A stretch of DNA of 41,983 nt from an uncultured Gammaproteobacteria bacterium (lineage in GTDB: Bacteria > Patescibacteriota > Patescibacteriia > Magasanikbacterales > GWA2-37-8), in NCBI GenBank assembly GCA_964444635.1, contig CAYUIA010000001.1:1-41983 (forward strand). Reading direction: 5' to 3'. Shown piece by piece: positions 26,158 through 33,390 of the stretch. The position numbers were made by a program, and so were the translations under genes. The notes below the pieces were generated by a model. The model did not search any database. It was not told the DNA's origin and was given only the letters and a program-made list of their open reading frames with translations. Numbering within the stretch: position 1 is the first letter of the stretch; every line of letters begins with the position of its first letter.

Positions 26158-27555
26158 ATGGCTAAATACTATCACATCATCACTTTTGGCTGTCAAATGA
26201 ATAAAAACGACTCAGAGCGCGCTGGGGCGCTTTTGGCGTCTCTTGGTATGAAAGAAACGCCGGTATTGGAAAAGGCGGATGTGGTGTTGGTAAATACCTG
26301 TAGCGTGCGTCAAATGGCCGAAGACAGGACCAGCGGGATAAACAGGAAGATTTTGAAATTGAAAAAACAAAAACCAAGTTTGATTTTTGCCGTAACCGGT
26401 TGTATGCCGGGGCGAGATACGGACGGACGATTGCGAAAAAAAATTCCCAGCGCGGATCTGTTTTTTCCGATCATTGATCTTCCTAAATTGCCGGTATGGT
26501 TGCGCGAACTTCAACCTGACTGGTTCAAACTGAAATTTGAAGATGTCGGACAGTATTGGAATATTGACCCAAAAAGAGAGCTTGATTACAAAGTTTTTAT
26601 CACTATTCAAATTGGTTGTAATAATTTTTGTTCGTATTGCGTAGTGCCTTATGCTCGGGGCAGAGAAAAAAACAGACCAGTGAAAGATATTTTGCAAGAA
26701 ATTAAAAAAGCGGTGAAAAAAGGCGCCAAAGAAATCACCTTGCTTGGGCAAGTAGTCAATAATTATCGCGCGCCTGACCCGGAAAATTATAAAAAAGAAA
26801 ATATATTTTCCCCCTCTGCCAGAGAGGGGGCGAAGGGGGAGAGGGAGAAAAACGATTTTGCGGCTTTGCTTTGGGAGATAAATAATATACCGGGCGATTT
26901 TCGTATTTTTTATACCGCTCCAGATCCACAACATTTTGATGATTATCAAGTTAAAGCGTTGAGTTTGCCCAAAATGGTGAACTATCTTCATTTGCCGGTG
27001 CAAGCGGGGGATAATGAAATACTCAAGAAAATGAATCGCAAATATACGCGCGAACAATTTATAAAATTAATCAAAAAAATTCGCGCGCAAAAACCCGAGA
27101 TTGCCATTGGTACGGATATTATTGTTGGTTTTTGCTCGGAAACTAAAAAACAATTTGAACAAACGGTTGATTTGTATAAACAATGTGATTTTGATATTGC
27201 GTATCTTGCTATGTACAGTCAGCGCAGTGGAACGGTAGCGGCGAAAATTTATAAAGATGATGTGGAAATTGCAGAGAAAAAACGTCGTTGGCGAGTATTA
27301 CAGGATTTGATGGAAGAAATAGTTTTGCGTAAAAACCAAAAATATTTAGGGCAAGTAGTGGAAGTATTGGTAGATGATTGTCAATCTCCCTCCTCTGCCC
27401 GAGAGGAGGGTGGGGTGGAGAGGGAGATTTGTACAGGGAATAGTAGTGAAATGAAAATGGTGCAGTTTTTGGGAAATAAAAAAATGATTGGGAAATTGAT
27501 AAAAGTGAAAATAAATTTTGCGGAGAAATGGATACTCAAGGGAGAAATAATTTAA
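26158..27555 (+). CDS. miaB: tRNA-i6A37 methylthiotransferase MiaB (radical SAM), carrying two in-frame repeat insertions
   Basis: UPF0004 N-terminal domain (YHIITFGCQMNKNDSE), radical-SAM motif CNNFCSYCVVPYARGRE and a C-terminal TRAM region. Confidence 0.93.
   Translation: MAKYYHIITFGCQMNKNDSERAGALLASLGMKETPVLEKADVVLVNTCSVRQMAEDRTSGINRKILKLKKQKPSLIFAVTGCMPGRDTDGRLRKKIPSADLFFPIIDLPKLPVWLRELQPDWFKLKFEDVGQYWNIDPKRELDYKVFITIQIGCNNFCSYCVVPYARGREKNRPVKDILQEIKKAVKKGAKEITLLGQVVNNYRAPDPENYKKENIFSPSAREGAKGEREKNDFAALLWEINNIPGDFRIFYTAPDPQHFDDYQVKALSLPKMVNYLHLPVQAGDNEILKKMNRKYTREQFIKLIKKIRAQKPEIAIGTDIIVGFCSETKKQFEQTVDLYKQCDFDIAYLAMYSQRSGTVAAKIYKDDVEIAEKKRRWRVLQDLMEEIVLRKNQKYLGQVVEVLVDDCQSPSSAREEGGVEREICTGNSSEMKMVQFLGNKKMIGKLIKVKINFAEKWILKGEII
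26809..26847 (+). repeat. GC-rich hairpin repeat in frame in miaB (copy 1, 39 nt, SPSAREGAKGERE)
   Basis: tccccctctgccagagagggggcgaagggggagagggag. Hairpin CCCCCTCT/AGAGGGGG. Exactly 13 codons. Confidence 0.8.
27385..27426 (+). repeat. GC-rich hairpin repeat in frame in miaB (copy 2, 42 nt, SPSSAREEGGVERE)
   Basis: tctccctcctctgcccgagaggagggtggggtggagagggag. Hairpin CCCTCCTCT/AGAGGAGGG. Exactly 14 codons. Confidence 0.8.
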
Positions 27556-27589
27556 TAGATTTAAGAGATTCAAGAAATTTAAAAGATTA

Positions 27590-27614
27590 AAACCCTGCTT
27601 TTGGCGGGGTTTTG
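27590..27614 (+). terminator. miaB terminator
   Basis: aaaaccctgc-tttt-ggcggggtttt. Confidence 0.65.
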
Positions 27615-27618
27615 GTAA

Positions 27619-27647
27619 TTGACTTTTTTGATTGTTTATGTTAGTTT
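27619..27647 (+). promoter_or_regulatory. Promoter of the 184-aa orphan gene
   Basis: TTGACT, 17 nt, TAGTTT. Confidence 0.5.
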
Positions 27648-27689
27648 AAAGGTAGATCTTTATCAATTTATATAAAAAGGAGAAGGAAA

Positions 27690-28244
27690 ATGAAAGCAAT
27701 CGTTGTTTTTTTTAGAGAGTATTTTGAAGGGAAAAGCATTGAAGACGAAGGATTTTATGAAGTTGTAGTCAAAAGCACATCGTTCAATTTTATTTGTAAT
27801 CTTGGTGATGATGGTATTATGAAATATCATAATGTAGAAAGAAAGATTCTGACAATCGGCTCTTTATTTCCAAGTGACGAAGCAAGGATAAAAAACCCGA
27901 ATCTTCATTTAGAATCCCTTTTGGAGGAAAACATCAAAAAAGAAGAGCCAGATGATTTTTTCATCATGGCTTGTGGTAAAAAGGAAATTGATGAAGAAAT
28001 ATGGAAACAGGTAAGTCGGTTTCCTGAAAACGCCACCATGCTTTATAAAACCGAAAAAGGTTTTGTAAAAGTTACAGGGATCAGGAAAAGTTATTTTGAA
28101 GGGGAAGAAGTTATTTTTCCTGAAAAAGAAGAAAAGATCAATTCTCCTAAACATGAGAAAGAAATTACAAAAGCAAAGATAGGGTTTCAGAAAATTTGCG
28201 AAAGCGCGCCAGAGATAATTGGTCCGCCAAAAAAGTTTATGTAA
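27690..28244 (+). CDS. Orphan 184-aa protein, member 1 of a tandem paralogue triplet
   Basis: SD AGGAG. N-terminus MKAIVVFF and motif FFIMACGKKEIDEEIWKQVSRF, similar to IVVVDKCGEKEFDAKIKDFISKH in the 28918 gene. The terminator is homologous to that of 28918. Confidence 0.7.
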   Translation: MKAIVVFFREYFEGKSIEDEGFYEVVVKSTSFNFICNLGDDGIMKYHNVERKILTIGSLFPSDEARIKNPNLHLESLLEENIKKEEPDDFFIMACGKKEIDEEIWKQVSRFPENATMLYKTEKGFVKVTGIRKSYFEGEEVIFPEKEEKINSPKHEKEITKAKIGFQKICESAPEIIGPPKKFM

Positions 28245-28270
28245 AGTTTATTTCAAAATAGATTTTACTT

Positions 28271-28295
28271 CCGCGGTTAAAACCCGCGGTTTTTT
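28271..28295 (+). terminator. Terminator CCGCGG-N7-CCGCGG plus T6
   Basis: ccgcggttaaaacccgcggtttttt. Near-identical architecture and flanks to 29290-29314. Confidence 0.8.
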
Positions 28296-28345
28296 ATTTA
28301 GAGGACTTGTCGGGCGTAGTCCGCTATCTGGCGGACGAAGACCGA

Positions 28346-28374
28346 TTGACAAAACTGGCTTTTTATGCTATATT
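28346..28374 (+). promoter_or_regulatory. Promoter of the 129-aa orphan gene
   Basis: TTGACA, 17 nt, TATATT. The promoter and leader share blocks (tttttatgctat, atagtacattaa) with the 30017 promoter region. Confidence 0.65.
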
Positions 28375-28424
28375 ATGATGTAATTTAAATAGTACATTAA
28401 TAATAAAAATAAAGGGAGGAGAAA

Positions 28425-28814
28425 ATGAAAAGGTTGATTTTAATCACCTTTTCCGATCCGACAAAAACCTGGTGTAGTTCGAAGTATCGTGACTATGTCG
28501 GCTATTTTTTGGAAAGGTTCAGAGAAAGGTTTGGGGTGAAAGAGGAAATTGAAATTGTCATCAGACATATTTCGCTTCCTCCAAATACCCAGCCCTCCAA
28601 AGTACTCGGAGATTATTTCCGAGACAGGAATTCTGAGGTTGTCGGTGTGGTTGTCCAAGCGCATGAATCTTTGGAAATAAACCAGAAAATTCTGTTTCTG
28701 GCAGAGATTATGCGAGAAGATAATCACCCGATAGAAATCATTTTTTTTGAAAACGGAAAAACATTTCTGTTGAAATCCGTTTTCAGAGGAAAAATAGAGG
28801 GTGAAGAGCTGTAA
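28425..28814 (+). CDS. Orphan 129-aa protein, member 2 of the triplet
   Basis: SD GGGAGGAG. N-terminus MKRLILITF...Y......FLERFRERFGV parallels MTKVIFITF...Y......FFEVLEGRFHL of member 3. Confidence 0.7.
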   Translation: MKRLILITFSDPTKTWCSSKYRDYVGYFLERFRERFGVKEEIEIVIRHISLPPNTQPSKVLGDYFRDRNSEVVGVVVQAHESLEINQKILFLAEIMREDNHPIEIIFFENGKTFLLKSVFRGKIEGEEL

Positions 28815-28845
28815 GCCCCGCGGATTTTGTCGGGGCTTTGTTTTT
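28814..28845 (+). terminator. Terminator of the 129-aa gene
   Basis: agccccg-cggattttgt-cggggct followed by ttgttttt. Confidence 0.7.
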
Positions 28846-28872
28846 GACAAAAATATTGCGAAGGAGTAAATT
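28844..28872 (+). promoter_or_regulatory. Promoter of the 120-aa orphan gene
   Basis: TTGACA, 17 nt, TAAATT. Confidence 0.55.
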
Positions 28873-28917
28873 AGTAGTCTGTTCTTTGAATAAAACTTTT
28901 TCAAACGGGGGTGACAA

Positions 28918-29280
28918 ATGACAAAAGTAATTTTTATCACTTTTGAGGTCGGAACCGAATGCTTTTGGAAAGAAGACAGATATCAAGCCGGAAGAAAAAA
29001 ATTCTTTGAAGTTTTGGAAGGTCGTTTTCATCTTTCAAATGTCAAAGAAAATTTTGAACCGGTTTTTGCCGTGAACCAACTTGGGCTTCCTAAATTAAAA
29101 AGCGGGGAGACCATACCCTTGGAAATGGCAGAAAAGATTCTTTCCGAATATGAAAAAAACGAGATAGTTGTAGTTGATAAATGCGGGGAAAAAGAATTTG
29201 ACGCAAAAATCAAAGACTTTATTTCCAAGCATAAAAATTTCTACGCCTTGGAGGAGGTGATAGAACATCATCACAACTAA
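28918..29280 (+). CDS. Orphan 120-aa protein, member 3 of the triplet
   Basis: SD GGGGGTGA 4 nt before the ATG. Motifs are shared with members 1 and 2 (see those entries). Confidence 0.7.
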   Translation: MTKVIFITFEVGTECFWKEDRYQAGRKKFFEVLEGRFHLSNVKENFEPVFAVNQLGLPKLKSGETIPLEMAEKILSEYEKNEIVVVDKCGEKEFDAKIKDFISKHKNFYALEEVIEHHHN

Positions 29281-29289
29281 ACAGTTAAT

Positions 29290-29314
29290 CCGCGGTACCA
29301 AACCGCGGTTTTTT
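29290..29314. terminator. Bidirectional terminator CCGCGG-N7-CCGCGG plus T6
   Basis: ccgcggtaccaaaccgcggtttttt. Overlaps the stop codon of the convergent lipoprotein gene. Confidence 0.8.
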
Positions 29315-29948
29315 ATTTCACCTCGGTAAATTTTACCGTTTTTTCAAACAATTCATTAGCCTCATCGGGTAATATAACCCCGGGGATAGAAGAAAATTTT
29401 TCTTTTTGCGGATTAAGATTAGTTAGTTCGGGAACAAAGTTTTTTTGAACTATCAAAACACCGTTTTCAGTTGGGAAATAATATTGATCATGGCCACACC
29501 CTTCAACTCCTTGTGTTAATCTATATCCTTCGCGGTCTCCGATTTTTGTTTTTTCCAAAAATCCGGTTTCTTCTTTTATAGTGCCGTCGGTATTCACAAA
29601 CTCTTTTAGATATTCTCCGCCAAATTTTGTCAGAGCTCTATCAAGCGATAGAGTAGTAAAAGAAAATTTGATAGTAAGGTCTTTGAAAGTAGTGGTTGGC
29701 AGAGAATCGCCCTTGAAATCACAAAAATCCGTATGAAGAAAAGTTTCTACCGTGTGAGAAAGAGTTACGGTCCCATTCTCGTCTTTTATTGCAAAGGGTT
29801 TCAAAAGGATTATTTTCAAATCCGCAGTTTCATAATATTGTTGTTCTATAACCCCCGGTAGCGGATAGGGTTTTTCAACTGTTAGTCTAAAACACCCGGC
29901 GATAAAAAATGCGGATAAAAGTAAAATGAAGAAAGATGCTTTTTTCAT
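29313..29948 (-). CDS. Putative lipoprotein
   Basis: Signal peptide with lipobox MKKASFFILLLSAFFIAGC. 211 aa. No SD. Confidence 0.7.
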   Translation of the reverse strand: MKKASFFILLLSAFFIAGCFRLTVEKPYPLPGVIEQQYYETADLKIILLKPFAIKDENGTVTLSHTVETFLHTDFCDFKGDSLPTTTFKDLTIKFSFTTLSLDRALTKFGGEYLKEFVNTDGTIKEETGFLEKTKIGDREGYRLTQGVEGCGHDQYYFPTENGVLIVQKNFVPELTNLNPQKEKFSSIPGVILPDEANELFEKTVKFTEVK

Positions 29949-30016
29949 AAGTTATTTGATAAATTAATTATAAATTTAGTATATTCTTTTGACGCTTTTT
30001 AATCAAGGATGCGTCG

Positions 30017-30045
30017 TTGACCAAAGTGTTTTTTTATGCTATTGT
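30017..30045 (+). promoter_or_regulatory. Promoter of the 126-aa orphan gene
   Basis: TTGACC, 17 nt, TATTGT. Homologous to the 28346 promoter and leader. Confidence 0.55.
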
Positions 30046-30079
30046 TTTGATAGTACATTAAACAACAGGGGGGTGATAA

Positions 30080-30460
30080 ATGCCGGAAAAAGGAAATAAA
30101 AAGTTCGCTGTTTTAGAGAGCAGAGTAAAAAGTCTCAAGGTAGATGACTTGTCGATAAAAGACCTAATTGCTTTATCGGACGAGTTAAATTTTAAAAACA
30201 GGATAGTTGCCGAAGAGATGTTGATTCGGAAAAACTGCGATGAGATAGCACTTCGTCATATATTGCGAAATGCTAGCAAAGAACCGCGCCAAGAAGCTGC
30301 TAAGCGTCTTTTGGAAAAGTATCCCACTCGGGATAATCTGGGGATGATTATTCGTTATTGTGAATATTATCGTCATAGAGCATTTGAAATGCTCAAAGAA
30401 AAAGAAGGGCAGGAAAACGCTCAGGCGATTTTTCTTAACAACATTTACAAAGACAGTTAA
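30080..30460 (+). CDS. Orphan 126-aa helical protein, paralogue of the 21901 gene
   Basis: SD GGGGGGTGA. Shares the CDEIAL-containing block with the 208-aa protein. Has its own terminator. Confidence 0.7.
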   Translation: MPEKGNKKFAVLESRVKSLKVDDLSIKDLIALSDELNFKNRIVAEEMLIRKNCDEIALRHILRNASKEPRQEAAKRLLEKYPTRDNLGMIIRYCEYYRHRAFEMLKEKEGQENAQAIFLNNIYKDS

Positions 30461-30466
30461 ATTATG

Positions 30467-30494
30467 CCGACCTTATGTAGAGGTCGGTTTTTTT
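30467..30494 (+). terminator. Terminator of the 126-aa gene
   Basis: ccgacct-tatgtag-aggtcgg followed by T7. Confidence 0.8.
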
Positions 30495-30520
30495 GACGAA
30501 AAAAATATAATTGGTATAAT
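30493..30520 (+). promoter_or_regulatory. miaA promoter placed only 9 nt from the ATG (near-leaderless)
   Basis: TTGACG, 16 nt, TATAAT, 9 nt, ATG. Confidence 0.55.
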
Positions 30521-30529
30521 GATAATATT

Positions 30530-31450
30530 ATGAAAAATAAACTTCCAAAATTAATCGTTGTTTGCGGTCCGACCGCCAGCGGTAAAACCGATTTGGCTAT
30601 TGTATTGGCCAAAAAATTTAACGGTGAAATAGTCAATGCCGATTCTCGACAAATTTATAAAGAAATGGATATTGCCACCGCCAAGCCGACTCTGGACTAC
30701 GGACTACAGACTCCCGACTACATTGTTGACGGGATAAATCATTATTTACTTGATATTATAAACCCGGATGAAAATTTTACACTCAGCGATTATAAAGATC
30801 AAGCTCAAAAAACAATTAAAGAAATTATCAAAAAAGGAAAAATTCCTTTTTTGGTCGGTGGAACCGGTCTTTATATCAAAGCGATTGTAGATAATCTGGA
30901 AATCCCGAGAGTTGAACCGGATTTGGTTTTGCGCAGAGAGTTAGAAAGTAAAAGTGCGGAGGAAAGGATCAAAATGCTCAAAGAAATTGATCCGGAAACT
31001 TATGAAAAAATAGATATACAAAATCCGCGCCGGGTTATTCGAGCGCTTGAAGTGGTGCTAAGTACCGGGGAATCGTTTTTGAAACAACAAAAAAAAGGCA
31101 AACCGCTTTACGATGTTTTACAGTTAGGAATAAAAGTTGATAAAGAAAATTTATATGAGCGAATAAATAAGCGTTGTGAAAAAATGATTGAAGCCGGTTT
31201 AGTTCAAGAGGCCAAAAGGTTGGCACAAAAATATTCTTGGGAGTTGCCCAGTATGAGCGGTATCGGTTATAGACAAATGCGCGATTATATCGAGGGTAAG
31301 ATGACTTTGGAGGAGGCGATAGAATGGCTCCAAACAGATACTCGACATTATGCCAAACGACAGATGACTTGGTTTAGGAAAGATGAAAGAATTCATTGGA
31401 TAGAAAACGAGAAACAAGCAGAAAAGAAAATAGACGAATTTTTGAAATAA
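30530..31450 (+). CDS. miaA: tRNA dimethylallyltransferase MiaA with a short in-frame repeat-derived insertion
   Basis: P-loop GPTASGKT, then IVNADSRQIYKEMDIATAKP, LVGGTGLY and the C-terminal RHYAKRQMTWFR. Confidence 0.94.
   Translation: MKNKLPKLIVVCGPTASGKTDLAIVLAKKFNGEIVNADSRQIYKEMDIATAKPTLDYGLQTPDYIVDGINHYLLDIINPDENFTLSDYKDQAQKTIKEIIKKGKIPFLVGGTGLYIKAIVDNLEIPRVEPDLVLRRELESKSAEERIKMLKEIDPETYEKIDIQNPRRVIRALEVVLSTGESFLKQQKKGKPLYDVLQLGIKVDKENLYERINKRCEKMIEAGLVQEAKRLAQKYSWELPSMSGIGYRQMRDYIEGKMTLEEAIEWLQTDTRHYAKRQMTWFRKDERIHWIENEKQAEKKIDEFLK
30692..30712 (-). repeat. tagtc-type heptad repeat inside miaA (opposite orientation)
   Basis: The reverse complement agtctgtagtccgtagtccag matches 19/21 nt of the intergenic agtctgtagtccgaagtccaa at 17515-17535. 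It encodes part of LDYGLQTPDY. Confidence 0.7.
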
Positions 31451-31485
31451 AAAAACAGGATCGGTTGTCGAGTCTGTTTTTTTTA
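31451..31485. terminator. Possible bidirectional terminator between miaA and the convergent 628-aa gene
   Basis: aaaaaacaggatcg-gttgt-cgagtctgtttttttt: imperfect stem, A-run and T-run flanks. Confidence 0.45.
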
Positions 31486-31491
31486 TTTATT

Positions 31492-33378
31492 TTATCTGGC
31501 AAAAGGGTCTTCTTCCTCTGTTTTTTCTTCAAAAAGGAGAGTTTCGCTACCCATAAAAGTTATAATTTGGTCGGTTACTTTGTCAGTAGCTTTGATTTTT
31601 ATTTTTGACAGTAACACTTGTTGAGTAGGATTTTTTTTGTTTATCATTAGAGAAAAGGGCAGGGCCAGCACATCCACGCTTTCGGGCATTTCGTCTATAG
31701 TCCAATTGATAATTTTTTCTTTGGAATCGTAGTTTAATTTTCCGGCCGGTATGGTTGAAGTGATAAATTCAACATCCCCGTAAACTTCGGCTGATAATAC
31801 TATATCTTTGAGAGGGTGGAAAGTATTGCGTAAAATCCAGGTGAAATTTCTTTTATCCTTATCATCGTTTGTTTTGGTAACTTCTACTCTTTTTTCAAAA
31901 GTAAAATCTGAATTCAAGGTTATGGTTATTGGATTGCTGGCAATAGTTTTTTGAGTTTTATCTTCATCGGTAAATATTATTTCTGCCGTTGCTTTAATCT
32001 GATTTTCTTTGATTTCAGAAAGATTTATTTTATCCGCACCTTTGATAGGTAGACGCAGGTCCAGACTGACTTCTTGGCTGGATTTTATCTCACCCAAGTC
32101 TTTCAACTTGCTTTTGTTCCAAGTGATAGTTCCGTTGCGCAAATTGTCGTTTATTTGTTTACCGACAATATCACCGTCAAGCTGATCGGAAAGCTCAACC
32201 CAGTCCATAATACTAACTCTTTTGAGTGCTGGAGCGTCTAATTTAAGAGCGATAGAAGCGTTTTTAAGGGATGTTTTGCCGGCGTTTTTAAAATTTACCG
32301 TCATGTTCAGAGGATCTCCGGGTCTGGCGCCAAAATCATTAGTAGCGCCGTTTATTGCCAAAGTTAAAAGAAAAGCGGTGCGAGAAAGTTGAATTTTATT
32401 TTCCGCTTGTCCGATTTGATAAGTTTGACGGGCTGCCAAAACTGGCAGTTCTAAAACCGCTTTAAAACCTTCTTCGGTTTCAAGTTCACCGCTAAATCTG
32501 CCGACAATTTTGAATTCTCTAGGGAAATAATCACTACTGGTAGGGGAGATGGTCCAACGATTTTCTTTATCCAAACCGGGGGTGCTGGAGACAATGGAAA
32601 ATTTTTCCGGCAAGCTTAATTGTAAATACATTTTTTCCGGTAAATATCCATTTTTATTTTCCAGAGTATAGATTATGGATGTGTCAGTTCCATAAATGGC
32701 TTTTTCCGGAGATTTTACAGATAAAACAAACGGAGTTAAAGAAACTTTGGTATTTAAAGTGGCGATTTTTTGCATCTGAGAGTTGAGACTGCTGGGTTGA
32801 TATGAAAAGAAAACCCGCCAAGAACCTTGTTGTTCCAAAGAACCATAAGTTTTTCCACTGATAGTTAACACAGTTTCACTGAGAGCTTCTAAATCTGACA
32901 GAGACCATTCGGTATTCCCCAGATTTTGTGCCGGTTTATCGCTTTGTAAAAAAACAAAACCATCGGGATAGTTGGTATTGAGTGTCAGTTTTTTCAAAGG
33001 AACAGCCAAATTGTTTTTTATGATGATTTTGTAAGTGCTAGTACCGCCAAGCTCCACCTCGGTCGGTCCGTCAATAATCAAGCTGATTTTTTCTTCGGAA
33101 AATTTTTCTCCTTGCGGGAAATAGAGGAACCCGGCCCAAGAAAAAAAGGCCATTAAAGAAGTTAAGAAAAGCAGAAAAAAAGCAAAACGGACTATCGGGT
33201 TTTTGCGACGCATTTTAATCTTGTGCATTTCCGGGATATGACCGTTTGGATCTTTGTAGATTTTGGCTATTTTATCAGCAATTTCTTTTTGTTTGGCAGC
33301 GCCTATTTCTTTATCAAAAAAATCCGGTTTTTTTCTGCGTGGTTTTTTTGCGGCCAAAATATTTTTTTCTTGAGTCAT
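31492..33378 (-). CDS. Membrane-anchored extracellular protein with repeated Ig-like (DUF11/CARDB-like) beta-sandwich segments
   Basis: 628 aa. Basic cytoplasmic N-terminus, one TM segment (FAFFLLFLTSLMAFFSWAGFLYF), then long beta-rich repeats. The family assignment is tentative. Confidence 0.6.
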   Translation of the reverse strand: MTQEKNILAAKKPRRKKPDFFDKEIGAAKQKEIADKIAKIYKDPNGHIPEMHKIKMRRKNPIVRFAFFLLFLTSLMAFFSWAGFLYFPQGEKFSEEKISLIIDGPTEVELGGTSTYKIIIKNNLAVPLKKLTLNTNYPDGFVFLQSDKPAQNLGNTEWSLSDLEALSETVLTISGKTYGSLEQQGSWRVFFSYQPSSLNSQMQKIATLNTKVSLTPFVLSVKSPEKAIYGTDTSIIYTLENKNGYLPEKMYLQLSLPEKFSIVSSTPGLDKENRWTISPTSSDYFPREFKIVGRFSGELETEEGFKAVLELPVLAARQTYQIGQAENKIQLSRTAFLLTLAINGATNDFGARPGDPLNMTVNFKNAGKTSLKNASIALKLDAPALKRVSIMDWVELSDQLDGDIVGKQINDNLRNGTITWNKSKLKDLGEIKSSQEVSLDLRLPIKGADKINLSEIKENQIKATAEIIFTDEDKTQKTIASNPITITLNSDFTFEKRVEVTKTNDDKDKRNFTWILRNTFHPLKDIVLSAEVYGDVEFITSTIPAGKLNYDSKEKIINWTIDEMPESVDVLALPFSLMINKKNPTQQVLLSKIKIKATDKVTDQIITFMGSETLLFEEKTEEEDPFAR

Positions 33379-33390
33379 AAGAATTTGAAT

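Noticed and set aside
26212-27057. 281-aa ORF antisense to miaB
   Set aside because: It lies wholly inside the well-supported miaB CDS on the opposite strand. Its sequence is low-complexity and F/I/K-rich, and it has no SD or promoter. This is a typical shadow ORF of an AT-rich gene.
28440-28940. 166-aa minus-strand ORF overlapping the 129-aa cassette
   Set aside because: The + strand gene has a promoter, an SD and a terminator in the correct order. The minus ORF runs through a terminator and a promoter and has no SD.
24796-30494. Orphan cassettes considered as an integron cassette array, a prophage remnant or a toxin-antitoxin set
   Set aside because: There is no integrase and there are no attC-like sites. 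Each cassette has its own promoter, unlike integron cassettes. There are no phage structural or replication genes. The genes are monocistronic rather than paired. The function is left open.
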